A DNA stretch of 40,504 bases from assembly GCA_049975265.1 (NCBI GenBank), contig JBNGDF010000010.1, positions 44,980 to 85,483 on the forward strand, given 5' to 3'. The notes beneath the pieces were generated by a model. The model was not told where the DNA came from. It searched no databases and worked only from the letters and a program-made list of their open reading frames with translations. A program made the translations under genes and the position numbers. This DNA comes from Fidelibacterota bacterium (lineage in GTDB: Bacteria; Fidelibacterota; UBA2242). Shown in pieces: positions 10,083-18,888 of this stretch (the first letter of the stretch is position 1; every line of letters starts with the position of its first letter).

Positions 10083-11186
10083 TTGATCCACCGATACCCC
10101 CTGAAAATCAACGTTCGCCTTGCGGATCAGAAGACCTTCCTCCCAATCACTCTCCGGTGTTCCGGCAACCGCATTGTGGATATCGATTGTCATTTTGCCG
10201 ATCGGCTCCGCAATATACAATTGGTCACCGATTGCGATCCCGAACAGGCTCTGTTTCCTTACCCCCATCGCTCCATAAAACTGGAATTGCTGGATCTGTA
10301 TCTGGCACAGTGTCGCCTGATAGAATCCCATTTTCAATGGACCGTGCCCGCCTACGCTGGTTTGATTCGGTCGCTGCTTATGGAGTTGCACCGTTTACTG
10401 AATCACTATCACTTTTTCCTGGCGCTCGCCATGGCTACCGAATTCCCAAAACTTATCAGAAACGCTCTTTCCGGTCGTACAGCCGTTTATCGTCTGCTCC
10501 GGGAGATTCAGTCGCATGCGGTGACCAATGATTTTTTTATTCTCGGCGGGATTGCCCGCGATCTCCCCACCGGTTTTCTGGAAAAGGTTCTGCAGACGGT
10601 GACAGCAATGCAAATTCGCTTGAAGCCCATTGAAAACCAACTACGAAAAAGGACAATATTTTCCAACCAGTTGGAAAAAATCGGTATCATCTCCCGTGAA
10701 GAAACCACAATGTGGCAATTATCCGGACCGAACCGGCAGGCATGCGATCCACTTTTATCCGCGGGGCTACCAGCCTCCAACGCTGCAAATAGTCAAAAAA
10801 AAATCCGACTAATTCTCCATTCAAAGGGCGTTCCCGGTGATGCCTGGCACCGTACCTGGGTTCGTCTTCAGGAGATACGGCAATCGCTGTACACGACTCA
10901 CAACCTGGTACAGGAAATCTTCAAAACCGAAATCGCTTTATCGACGCCCTTTCATATCGGTCGACAGCACATCGATATTACCACCGATTTCAGCAGCGCT
11001 GAGGGAACAGTAAAATGCCATATTACCCGAAACCCCGGCGAAAAGTCCTTTGCGGGAAGCTATCAATATCCCGCTGTGAATATTATCAGCCATCTTGGTC
11101 TGTTACTACGGGGACAGAGAATCTCCGACGCGGGAATAATTATAAGCAGCCTGAATCTTAATCCAATCAAACACCACATCGAATAA
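10083..11186 (+). CDS. Diverged NuoD-like (complex I 49 kDa family) protein
   Basis: ELHRLLNH, GGIARDLP, IGIISREE..LSGPN, GDAWHR..VRLQEIRQS and ISDAGIIISSLN match the NuoD scaffold. No HPSTHG or DRLDY motifs, and no CxxC pairs, so not a [NiFe] large subunit. Confidence 0.8.
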   Translation: MIHRYPLKINVRLADQKTFLPITLRCSGNRIVDIDCHFADRLRNIQLVTDCDPEQALFPYPHRSIKLELLDLYLAQCRLIESHFQWTVPAYAGLIRSLLMELHRLLNHYHFFLALAMATEFPKLIRNALSGRTAVYRLLREIQSHAVTNDFFILGGIARDLPTGFLEKVLQTVTAMQIRLKPIENQLRKRTIFSNQLEKIGIISREETTMWQLSGPNRQACDPLLSAGLPASNAANSQKKIRLILHSKGVPGDAWHRTWVRLQEIRQSLYTTHNLVQEIFKTEIALSTPFHIGRQHIDITTDFSSAEGTVKCHITRNPGEKSFAGSYQYPAVNIISHLGLLLRGQRISDAGIIISSLNLNPIKHHIE

Positions 11187-12220
11187 TGCGACTATTTTTC
11201 ACGGACAATTACAATTTCATATGCGGTGGTGGAACGATAGCCATCCTGGACAGCACTTTAAAAACTTTTTCCGGACATATCGCCAGCCTGGTATTCATCC
11301 TTTTACCCGTGCTGTGGATCATAACTGCACTACTCTCCCGTACAAACATACATACGGAGAGCCCGGACGGCAAATCATTTTTATCGCACTATAAGCAATT
11401 CTGGTTGGTAACCCGTAATCATATCCGAAATCTTTTCAGAATCGGGCAAAGCCATTTTCCACTCTTCAATTTACTCTTAGGCAGCGTCGCTTTACTAAAC
11501 TTTTGCTTACTGATGTTGTTTCCGTTGAATGTACGTCCACCCGGGCTTCGATCGGATTACGGAGCCCCCATTATCATTGCAACGTTGCTGCTGAATGTCA
11601 TCGTTTATGCCACCCGCCTTTTTTATATACCGGAAGATCGTGCCGATACCACCCTGCGCCTCAACCGCCAGTTGAGCACCGTAATTATTATGATTACCAC
11701 GAGTCTGCTGTCCGTCTGTCTGGTAAACCGGACTTTCGACCTGGAGATGATCCTGTCGAAACAACAAAACCTGTTTGTCGGGATTCTGCCCGCCTGGAAT
11801 GTTCTGCGCCATCCCATGCTATTTGGCAACGCTCTGTTTATCTTCGGTGGTTTTATTGTTATGCTTCAGATACTGAATCAGACGGTACTACATGCTCCTA
11901 ATAAAACCGATTCGCTTCACCCCTATAGCCGTTCATCGATCGGAGATACTTACATCCAGTTATGGTCCCATAGTCTCATGCTCCTGATTACGTTCAGCTA
12001 CATCTACTTTTTCTGGGGTGGTCAGTTTTTGCTACCGGGGATTGGCGGAATCTGGATCGGTCTGCTGATTAAAATCAGCCTTCTACTGTTTTTATCAAAT
12101 TGGTTCTACCGTGCGATTCCGCAACTGATCGAAGAACAGCTCATCCGGATCAGCTATACGATTATTATCCCCGTTCAGGTGATTGCACTGGTAATAACGG
12201 TTCTGTTAAATAATCCATAA
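11186..12220 (+). CDS. Diverged NuoH-like membrane subunit
   Basis: 344 aa, about 8 TM; TFDLEMILSKQ..PAWN..P, YFFWGG, LIKI..WFYRAIPQL..EQL echo NuoH; coupled to nuoD-like by a TAATG overlap. Confidence 0.7.
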   Translation: MRLFFTDNYNFICGGGTIAILDSTLKTFSGHIASLVFILLPVLWIITALLSRTNIHTESPDGKSFLSHYKQFWLVTRNHIRNLFRIGQSHFPLFNLLLGSVALLNFCLLMLFPLNVRPPGLRSDYGAPIIIATLLLNVIVYATRLFYIPEDRADTTLRLNRQLSTVIIMITTSLLSVCLVNRTFDLEMILSKQQNLFVGILPAWNVLRHPMLFGNALFIFGGFIVMLQILNQTVLHAPNKTDSLHPYSRSSIGDTYIQLWSHSLMLLITFSYIYFFWGGQFLLPGIGGIWIGLLIKISLLLFLSNWFYRAIPQLIEEQLIRISYTIIIPVQVIALVITVLLNNP

Positions 12221-12234
12221 GGAGTGATTCTGCT

Positions 12235-12693
12235 GTGACTGCCTTCACCATTATCTTCCCATTACTAATGCTCGCACTGGGCACGGCATGGCTGTTCACA
12301 AAACGGAATCCAATGAAAAATCTCCTTTTTCTTCTCATGATTCTCCTCTTGGTCCCCCAGTTTATCAAAACCTCCGGTGTACTCTGCGCCGCTGTTTTCT
12401 TGTTGGCAGGACTGGTAATGTCACTGCTTCTTATGCAGCTGCTTCCCGGCAAAGCCGATTTCCTGAAATCCCTCAAAAAGATTTCGTGGCCTGTAAAAAT
12501 CTGCTCGATGGTTTTCATCGTTATGACTGGATTGACGGTGATGCTGGTTCGGTCGGAATATCGTCACTTAAAGACGAGCCCGGCGCTACCCGACACAACT
12601 GGTAATTTTCCGGTAACTCTCTGGATTTTTCTCCTGATGGCGACACTTTTTTCGATTCAAATTTTCCTGCTGCTGAAGGACAAGGGAGAATGA
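12235..12693 (+). CDS. Diverged NuoJ-like membrane subunit
   Basis: 152 aa, about 5 TM; FTKRNPMKNLLFL resembles NuoJ (T.RNP..SAL.L); AAGGAG SD; operon position. Confidence 0.65.
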   Translation: MTAFTIIFPLLMLALGTAWLFTKRNPMKNLLFLLMILLLVPQFIKTSGVLCAAVFLLAGLVMSLLLMQLLPGKADFLKSLKKISWPVKICSMVFIVMTGLTVMLVRSEYRHLKTSPALPDTTGNFPVTLWIFLLMATLFSIQIFLLLKDKGE

Positions 12694-12697
12694 TGTA

Positions 12698-12982
12698 ATG
12701 CTTTATACGACAACTTCTATCTTACTGATTGTATGCGGGATACTGGGATTCACCATGCACCGTTTAGCCCTTCTGAAAATTCAGTCCGGTTTTCTGGTGG
12801 TCTCCGGAATACTGATCGCTTTTCCCGGAGCCAATGAACCGGCTGCGAACTCCGCAGATTGGAGCTGTTTTGCCTCAATAATCATAGTTGTTTATTTACT
12901 GATATTTTTGGCGGCGGTAACCAAAATCTATTTTCATAAATCCGCTGACACTCAAAAGAAAGGGAGCGCCAAAGAGTCATGA
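12698..12982 (+). CDS. Diverged NuoK-like membrane subunit
   Basis: 94 aa, 3 TM, G.LG motif in TM1; lies between the J-like and L-like genes. Confidence 0.65.
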   Translation: MLYTTTSILLIVCGILGFTMHRLALLKIQSGFLVVSGILIAFPGANEPAANSADWSCFASIIIVVYLLIFLAAVTKIYFHKSADTQKKGSAKES

Positions 12983-14874
12983 CCGTCACAACACTTATCG
13001 TATTTTTGCTAATGCTGCTTCCCGTTGCGGTGAATAATTTGATGCCAAATCGTCAGAGAGGTTCTATACTACTTGCTGCCGTCCCGGTATATCTGCTTGC
13101 GCTTCTTTTCTTCAGCTGGTTATTCTATCAGCTTCTTGCGACTGCACCTGATTTTGTCAAAGAAATTTCGCTTGGTCGAATGATCCTTGGGTATATGGAT
13201 CTGCCGTTTCAGTTAATCATTAATCGACAGACACTGATCAGCGGTTCAGTCCTCCTGCTGATGTTCATTATTCTGCTGCAAACTGAAATCACGCCTTCAC
13301 ATTCTGCCATCGATCATGTTCATCGCTTCAATTCGCTTTATTTGCTGTTCATTGCGGCGCTGATTTTTCTGACTGCCGACAGCTTCCTGTTGTTGACCTG
13401 TGGAATGATTTTTGTCAGTGTTGTGATAATTTATCGCGATCTTGTATTCGGGAATGAGAACAGGTCAATATCGCTTTTCACCGAATTTGTCATCCTCGAT
13501 TTGCTCTTTTTCAGTGCTGTATTAATTCTCAGCTGGAGAACATCGTGGGGTTCCCTCACGGAAATCAGCTCATCAGGAGAAGTCATTCCCATGTTGCCCG
13601 GATTGTGTTTGGTTGCACCGATTATCCTGAAAATGGTCAGGATTCCCTATTGCACATCTGGTATCAAATCACAAACCTCCACCGGAAGTGGTGTTTTTAT
13701 GGTTGGGTCAGAGGGTACGTTGATGGTTTTCCTGCTCAGATTCTTCCATCTTCTGCACGACAGCTGTTTTACATGGCTGCTGGTAGGTGGACTGTTTCTG
13801 GCTCTTTCCGCCGCCTTATCGTCCATTATGAGTCACCGCTCCGAATCGGCGCTCCAGGCGCTGCAACCGGCACAAATGGGGCTTGTATTAATTGGTTTGG
13901 GACTTCGAAGACCGGTCATCTCTCTGCTTTTTACAATCATTTATATTTTTTCAAATACTCTGTTAATCCTCAGTCACTCGGTCGCGGATAGGGGAGCAGG
14001 CAACCGCGAACAATCGAAATCGTTGTACCGCTTGTTGAGTGTCTTGATTTTTCTCTTCGCTGCCACCGCCGTTGCCGGTCTCCTGCCATGTTCCGGTTTC
14101 ACGATCAGATATTCTATGATGCTTTATTTCGCCGAAATGACACCTCTTGATTCAGCACACCGGGCACTGCTCGTTTTACTGTATTTGGCAATAATGTTGG
14201 TTGCCTTTGCTGCCTTTCGGTATTTTTTTATTACCCTGCAGAGCTGGCGCAATGCCGGTCATTCCCGATCAAACACTCTTTCCGATCAAAAATTATTCGC
14301 TGCCTTACTGATTTTACTGAATCTGTATCCGGTTTTGACTTTTCCCACCTTCAATCCCCTTAAGACGGACAGCTGGATATACCGGTTTGTAACGAAGCCG
14401 GAGACGCTTCCGCCAACTCTTCCGGCGGTTTCTAATCCCATATTCATTGCGATGATTGTTGTTCTGGCAGTAAGTTTTTTTCTGACCCTCATCATTTACC
14501 AGCTCAAACTGATGAATCTGTCCTTTCTATCGATATTTTATACTCCTTTTAAAAAATGCAACCAGGCAACCATCCGATTCTTTCATCATATAGATGAATT
14601 CTCGATAAAATTGATGCGCTTTCTCTCAAAAAGAGTCGGCATCCTTGAAAGCACGACGTTACCGGACACTGCTCAGAAAATTGCCTGCCGAACCCGTTCC
14701 GGATTTTCGAAAATCGTCGATTTTTCTCAAAAATCGCCGAATTGTCTGCGGTTTCATCAATTCAGTACGCGCCTCACCGGCAGTATCGTTCAATTTTGGC
14801 AAAACCATGATATCATTGCGTCGGTGATACTGCTGCTTATCATGGCACTGTTCATAATCATAAGCATTCTTTAA
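12979..14874 (+). CDS. Diverged NuoL-like antiporter-family subunit
   Basis: 631 aa, many TM; RF..LY.LF, LTADSF, QMGL..IGLG, AGLLP.SGF, C-terminal amphipathic region plus final TM; ATGA overlap with the K-like gene. Confidence 0.75.
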   Translation: MTVTTLIVFLLMLLPVAVNNLMPNRQRGSILLAAVPVYLLALLFFSWLFYQLLATAPDFVKEISLGRMILGYMDLPFQLIINRQTLISGSVLLLMFIILLQTEITPSHSAIDHVHRFNSLYLLFIAALIFLTADSFLLLTCGMIFVSVVIIYRDLVFGNENRSISLFTEFVILDLLFFSAVLILSWRTSWGSLTEISSSGEVIPMLPGLCLVAPIILKMVRIPYCTSGIKSQTSTGSGVFMVGSEGTLMVFLLRFFHLLHDSCFTWLLVGGLFLALSAALSSIMSHRSESALQALQPAQMGLVLIGLGLRRPVISLLFTIIYIFSNTLLILSHSVADRGAGNREQSKSLYRLLSVLIFLFAATAVAGLLPCSGFTIRYSMMLYFAEMTPLDSAHRALLVLLYLAIMLVAFAAFRYFFITLQSWRNAGHSRSNTLSDQKLFAALLILLNLYPVLTFPTFNPLKTDSWIYRFVTKPETLPPTLPAVSNPIFIAMIVVLAVSFFLTLIIYQLKLMNLSFLSIFYTPFKKCNQATIRFFHHIDEFSIKLMRFLSKRVGILESTTLPDTAQKIACRTRSGFSKIVDFSQKSPNCLRFHQFSTRLTGSIVQFWQNHDIIASVILLLIMALFIIISIL

Positions 14875-14897
14875 CCAATGGATGAAAGGCAAGATAT

Positions 14898-16385
14898 ATG
14901 GGAAATCACCTGCTTTTGATCACACTCTTTCTCCCGCTCATCGGGGCACTGATTATTCTGTTTATAAAGGAAAAGAAGTCGACGGTAATCCGGTCTGTGG
15001 CGGCAATTGTCTGCGGTTTACAACTCTGGATCGTGGTTCAGTTGCTCACCACCTTCGATAAAACTGCAACCTGGCTGCAATTTGGGGAACATATCCGCTG
15101 GATTGACTTTCTTGATATTAATTTTATCATCGGTATTGACGGAATCAACCTGGTTTTCCTGAATCTCTCGGGCATCATTTTTCTTGCAACGGTATTCATC
15201 AGCCGGCAGATTTCCAACCGGCAGAAATCTTTTTATACCTTGTTGATGATATTAAATATCGGTATTACCGGTGTGTTGATTGCCTTCGATCTATTTTTGT
15301 TTTTGATGTTTTACGGACTGACCCTCTTTTCCATGTTTCTTCTGGTTACCCTGTTCCCTGCACAGGAAAGCGATATCCGTTCCGGGCATTTCGGAATGAA
15401 TGTACTTATCTCCTTTTGCCTGATGATAATCGGAATCCTGATCCTGAACCACCAAAATCCAAATGCCGGATTCAATCTGGTCACATTCATGCGGAGTGCC
15501 ACCGTGCCGGGAAATGTCAGCACCGTCGGATTTTTCATCGTTTTCATCGGTTTTCTGTTCATTACACCGGTCTTCCCCTTTCACTCCTGGCTTGCAGCTA
15601 CTGCCAATAATACCATCATTCCCGTCGCGATTCTGGTTCTGTCAATTTTTTCGCAAATCGGAATTTTTGGGATGCTGCATATAGTATTGCCGCTCTTCGC
15701 TCACCATGCGACACACTATGCAATTCTCTTCAGCATTCTCGGATTGATCGGTATCCTGTACTACGCCGTCTGCGTCTTCAGCTTTTCAAATTTCAAGAAA
15801 ATTACAACTTATGCAGCGGGCTATCTGAACGGCTTCGTCTTTTTGGGATTGGCAGCGCTGCTGGCAACACATCATCTGCCGGATGCAGCTTTCAGCGGTC
15901 TCAATGGAGCGGTTATTCAGACTGTTGCTTCGGCGCTTCTGATAATGACCATGTTACTCATACCAAAGGCTTATCAGCACATCATTACCGCAGCGACAGC
16001 CACTGTCAATCATCAATGGCCGTTAAAGCTCATAATAATCTTGATTCTGTGCGCAGCTATCGGTTTACCGGGATTTCCAATCTTTGTGGGACAATTTCTA
16101 TGCTTAACCGGTTCGTTTCAGGTTCTTTCGACCCGGATCATTTCGATTGTTGCGCTGGCTGGATTGATCATCGTCGGCATCCAATTTTTCAGAATTATCC
16201 GCAGCATCGTCCGGCGGAGCGACGAGTACGATTTCAGTGTCAACACAGCCGAAATAGACAACGAGCGCGTCATTCTGCCCCTGGTTCTCAGCGTACTTTT
16301 TATTTGCGGTATCTTCCCCAACCTGATTCTGAAAATTCTGGATCAAAGCATTCATGTCCTGATCCAATCACTAACAGGCATGTAG
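14898..16385 (+). CDS. NuoM-like antiporter-family subunit
   Basis: 495 aa; FLPLIGA, QF.E...WI, GIDGI, DLFLF, PVFPFHSWL, GLPG..FVG, GIFPN. Confidence 0.85.
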   Translation: MGNHLLLITLFLPLIGALIILFIKEKKSTVIRSVAAIVCGLQLWIVVQLLTTFDKTATWLQFGEHIRWIDFLDINFIIGIDGINLVFLNLSGIIFLATVFISRQISNRQKSFYTLLMILNIGITGVLIAFDLFLFLMFYGLTLFSMFLLVTLFPAQESDIRSGHFGMNVLISFCLMIIGILILNHQNPNAGFNLVTFMRSATVPGNVSTVGFFIVFIGFLFITPVFPFHSWLAATANNTIIPVAILVLSIFSQIGIFGMLHIVLPLFAHHATHYAILFSILGLIGILYYAVCVFSFSNFKKITTYAAGYLNGFVFLGLAALLATHHLPDAAFSGLNGAVIQTVASALLIMTMLLIPKAYQHIITAATATVNHQWPLKLIIILILCAAIGLPGFPIFVGQFLCLTGSFQVLSTRIISIVALAGLIIVGIQFFRIIRSIVRRSDEYDFSVNTAEIDNERVILPLVLSVLFICGIFPNLILKILDQSIHVLIQSLTGM

Positions 16386-16394
16386 CCGAATCAC

Positions 16395-17777
16395 ATGAAT
16401 ATCAGTGCCAGTCTGTTCTATTTTATCCCGGAATTGATCCTTCTGCTCAATATCCTTATCCTGTTTTTCTTCGCAGACATCCGTCAGAAGCGGCTCCTGA
16501 TTTTATTAAAAGCATTTCTGCTTGCCGGTTTTTCAGCCGTAATTATCCTCAATATCGGCTGTCTGGCAGACCTGCCACGGGGTCTTTTTTCCAATCATTT
16601 CGTCCGGGACCCTTTCGCCAGTCTCTTTGGTATCGTTCTGGTTATTCTTTTTTTCGTTTTGAATGCCAACCTCCTCTGTCAGTTTCAAAAGGGTGCTCAT
16701 TTTCGGGAGCTGATGAACCGAACACTCAGCCTGATGGCAGTGCTACTCCTGGTGAAAGCCAATTCACTAACCGCTCTTGTCCTCTGTTTCGGATTAATCT
16801 TCATTTCCCATACCCTTTCCAACGAACCATCGAAAAGTGAAAATTCCGGCAATTTTGCTACCATGCAAATTCATCTGCTTTCCTTTGGAATGCTGCTATT
16901 CGGATTCTGGATAATCCACACCCTGTCCGGTACATTCTATTTTTCCAATATGGATGGCGCTGCAACCTCCCTGTACAAGAATCCGGTAATTGCATGCTAT
17001 CTATTCCTTCTTCTGACCACCGGATTCGGGCTTTACGGTATTCTGATCCCATTTTACGGTTTACATAACCATCGAAATTCCTTCAACGGGATTTGGGATT
17101 CCGGATATTTTCTGCCGCTTTTAGGACTGTTTGCGACACTGATCCGCCTGATGAACATTCTTTTCCCGGAGAATACCTCCCTGGCTACTCCATCCGGAAA
17201 AATCACAGTGTTCGCCGCGGGTTTATCAACCTGTCTGATGCTCGGCGCCAACCTTTATTATTTACAACGAAAAAACAGATCCAATCTTTTCAACGCCGCT
17301 CTGGTGATTCATTATGCCATGACACTGATCGGACTGACACGCCTGAATCCGCACTCTGCGGCAGCTGTCATCTATTTCATGCTCAGTGCAACTCCGATGT
17401 TTGCCGGAATTACATTATTACGACGAGATAATCATCATTCCGGTGCCGACAAATATTTACTTACCATCTTCTATCTCGGACTGCTTGGTCTGCCCGGAAC
17501 TTCAGGATTTGCAGGGCGGTTTCTGCTGATGAAAACACTGCTTGACAGCGGGATATCGATTGGGATCATCATTATCAGTTTTCTGTTTTCAGTACCGCTG
17601 GTTTTCTATTTTTGCCGCGAAATTATCGGTTTGTACACAGCCCCCGAAAAGCCTGCCGAGTTTGCCGGGCGAGACCGGCTGATGCCGATTTTCCTGGCGC
17701 TGGTTACGTTGGCAACCGGCATATTCTGGGAACCTTTTTTTGAAATAATCACTAAAACTATCGTATTTTTTCCATAA
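16395..17777 (+). CDS. Diverged NuoN-like antiporter-family subunit
   Basis: 460 aa; PELIL, F..DPFA, LLFG..I..LSGT, GLPGTSGFAG, FYF.R.I..LY, GIFW.P. Confidence 0.8.
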   Translation: MNISASLFYFIPELILLLNILILFFFADIRQKRLLILLKAFLLAGFSAVIILNIGCLADLPRGLFSNHFVRDPFASLFGIVLVILFFVLNANLLCQFQKGAHFRELMNRTLSLMAVLLLVKANSLTALVLCFGLIFISHTLSNEPSKSENSGNFATMQIHLLSFGMLLFGFWIIHTLSGTFYFSNMDGAATSLYKNPVIACYLFLLLTTGFGLYGILIPFYGLHNHRNSFNGIWDSGYFLPLLGLFATLIRLMNILFPENTSLATPSGKITVFAAGLSTCLMLGANLYYLQRKNRSNLFNAALVIHYAMTLIGLTRLNPHSAAAVIYFMLSATPMFAGITLLRRDNHHSGADKYLLTIFYLGLLGLPGTSGFAGRFLLMKTLLDSGISIGIIIISFLFSVPLVFYFCREIIGLYTAPEKPAEFAGRDRLMPIFLALVTLATGIFWEPFFEIITKTIVFFP

Positions 17778-17789
17778 GGAGCATCCAAC

Positions 17790-18422
17790 ATGACAAACCT
17801 CGAAAAACAGCCACTCTTTTTTGACGTGGATACCCAGATAGATTTTATCGAAACCGCCGGCGCGCTGTACGTTCCCGGCGCCGAAACACTTAAGCCCCGT
17901 TTCAGGCAGCTGGTCCGTTATGCCCGTATAAATCACATTCCCATCTGGGGCAGCGTCGATGCTCACCATCCTGAAGACGCCGAACTGAACCGGAATGATG
18001 GTCCCTTTCCGGACCACTGTATGCAGGGCAGCCCCGGTCAGCCAAAAATCGCCGAAACCATGCCGACCAATCCCACCTGGATCGAAAACAGACCCTACTC
18101 CCCTGCGGAATTGACCGAAATACTCCGACATCCCGATGAAATCTACTTCCTGAAACAGACATTCAATATGTTCGACAATCCGAATCTGGAATCCCTTGTC
18201 AGCGATTTTAATCCCATCGTCGTATTTGGAGTCGCCACCGATTATTGTGTTCTGGCGGCGGTAATGGGGTTTCTGGACCTGGGCAAAACAGTTTATCTGG
18301 TTGCCGATGCCGTAAAAGCCGTAACACCTGAGGACGGTCAAAACGCACTGAAAAAAATGCAGGCAAAGGGCTGCCTCATCGTCACCACTGACGATATCGT
18401 CAACGGTTATCTGGAAAAATAA
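17790..18422 (+). CDS. pncA: Nicotinamidase/isochorismatase-family cysteine hydrolase
   Basis: DVDTQIDF..GAL.VP, D.H, FPDHC, K..F, FGVATDYCV catalytic motifs; AAGGAG SD. Confidence 0.85.
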   Translation: MTNLEKQPLFFDVDTQIDFIETAGALYVPGAETLKPRFRQLVRYARINHIPIWGSVDAHHPEDAELNRNDGPFPDHCMQGSPGQPKIAETMPTNPTWIENRPYSPAELTEILRHPDEIYFLKQTFNMFDNPNLESLVSDFNPIVVFGVATDYCVLAAVMGFLDLGKTVYLVADAVKAVTPEDGQNALKKMQAKGCLIVTTDDIVNGYLEK

Positions 18423-18430
18423 TTAAGCGG

Positions 18431-18448
18431 TTGTGATTAATATCACAC
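18431..18448. promoter_or_regulatory. CRP/FNR- or Rex-like operator palindrome
   Basis: TTGTGA-TTAATA-TCACAC contains a perfect TGTGA-N6-TCACA, in an intergenic region. Confidence 0.45.
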
Positions 18449-18550
18449 AACGAATTGAAATCCGTTTTTGCGACGATTCAGTGACAACAATTTCGCTTTT
18501 TGCTGATCAAAAGCAGTGTTTTTCGAAACATTGAACCGGAGACTCTTATA

Positions 18551-18688
18551 ATGAAGAAAATTCAACGTAAAATCGGCATTGTCTGCTTCTGTATCAGCAT
18601 GATTTTTGGTGTCTATACACTGGAATTCCAGGACTATTCCGGAGCGGATTCCCCGTCAGAAACAACCGTTGCCCGGGACTGCACATAA
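18551..18688 (+). CDS. Possible small secreted/membrane peptide or gene remnant (45 aa)
   Basis: GGAG 9 nt upstream of ATG; MKKIQRK followed by a hydrophobic stretch. Confidence 0.3.
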   Translation: MKKIQRKIGIVCFCISMIFGVYTLEFQDYSGADSPSETTVARDCT

Positions 18689-18888
18689 ATTCAAAGTGCT
18701 ATTCCAGAGGATTACAGAGCAGTATATTAAAATTGAACCACCGGGTTTTACCTGTTCAAAATAACCTTTTACTGAAAACCAACCATCTCATTTTCCCCCA
18801 TATAACGCAAAGCATATCTTATAGCCAAATTCTGATTTTCATTTATTCATTATTCCTCTAAATTTATTCCTTGAACAAAGGAATCCCC

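Noticed and set aside
16016..16840. 274 aa alternate-frame ORF across the nuoM/N-like junction
   Set aside because: Off-frame reading of hydrophobic-codon genes (Ser/Pro/Arg-rich), with no motifs.
9806..17777. Group 4 [NiFe]-hydrogenase or Mrp antiporter
   Set aside because: The D-like protein has no CxxC Ni ligands, and there are no small-subunit or maturation genes. Mrp lacks D/H-like subunits and would include MrpE/F/G.
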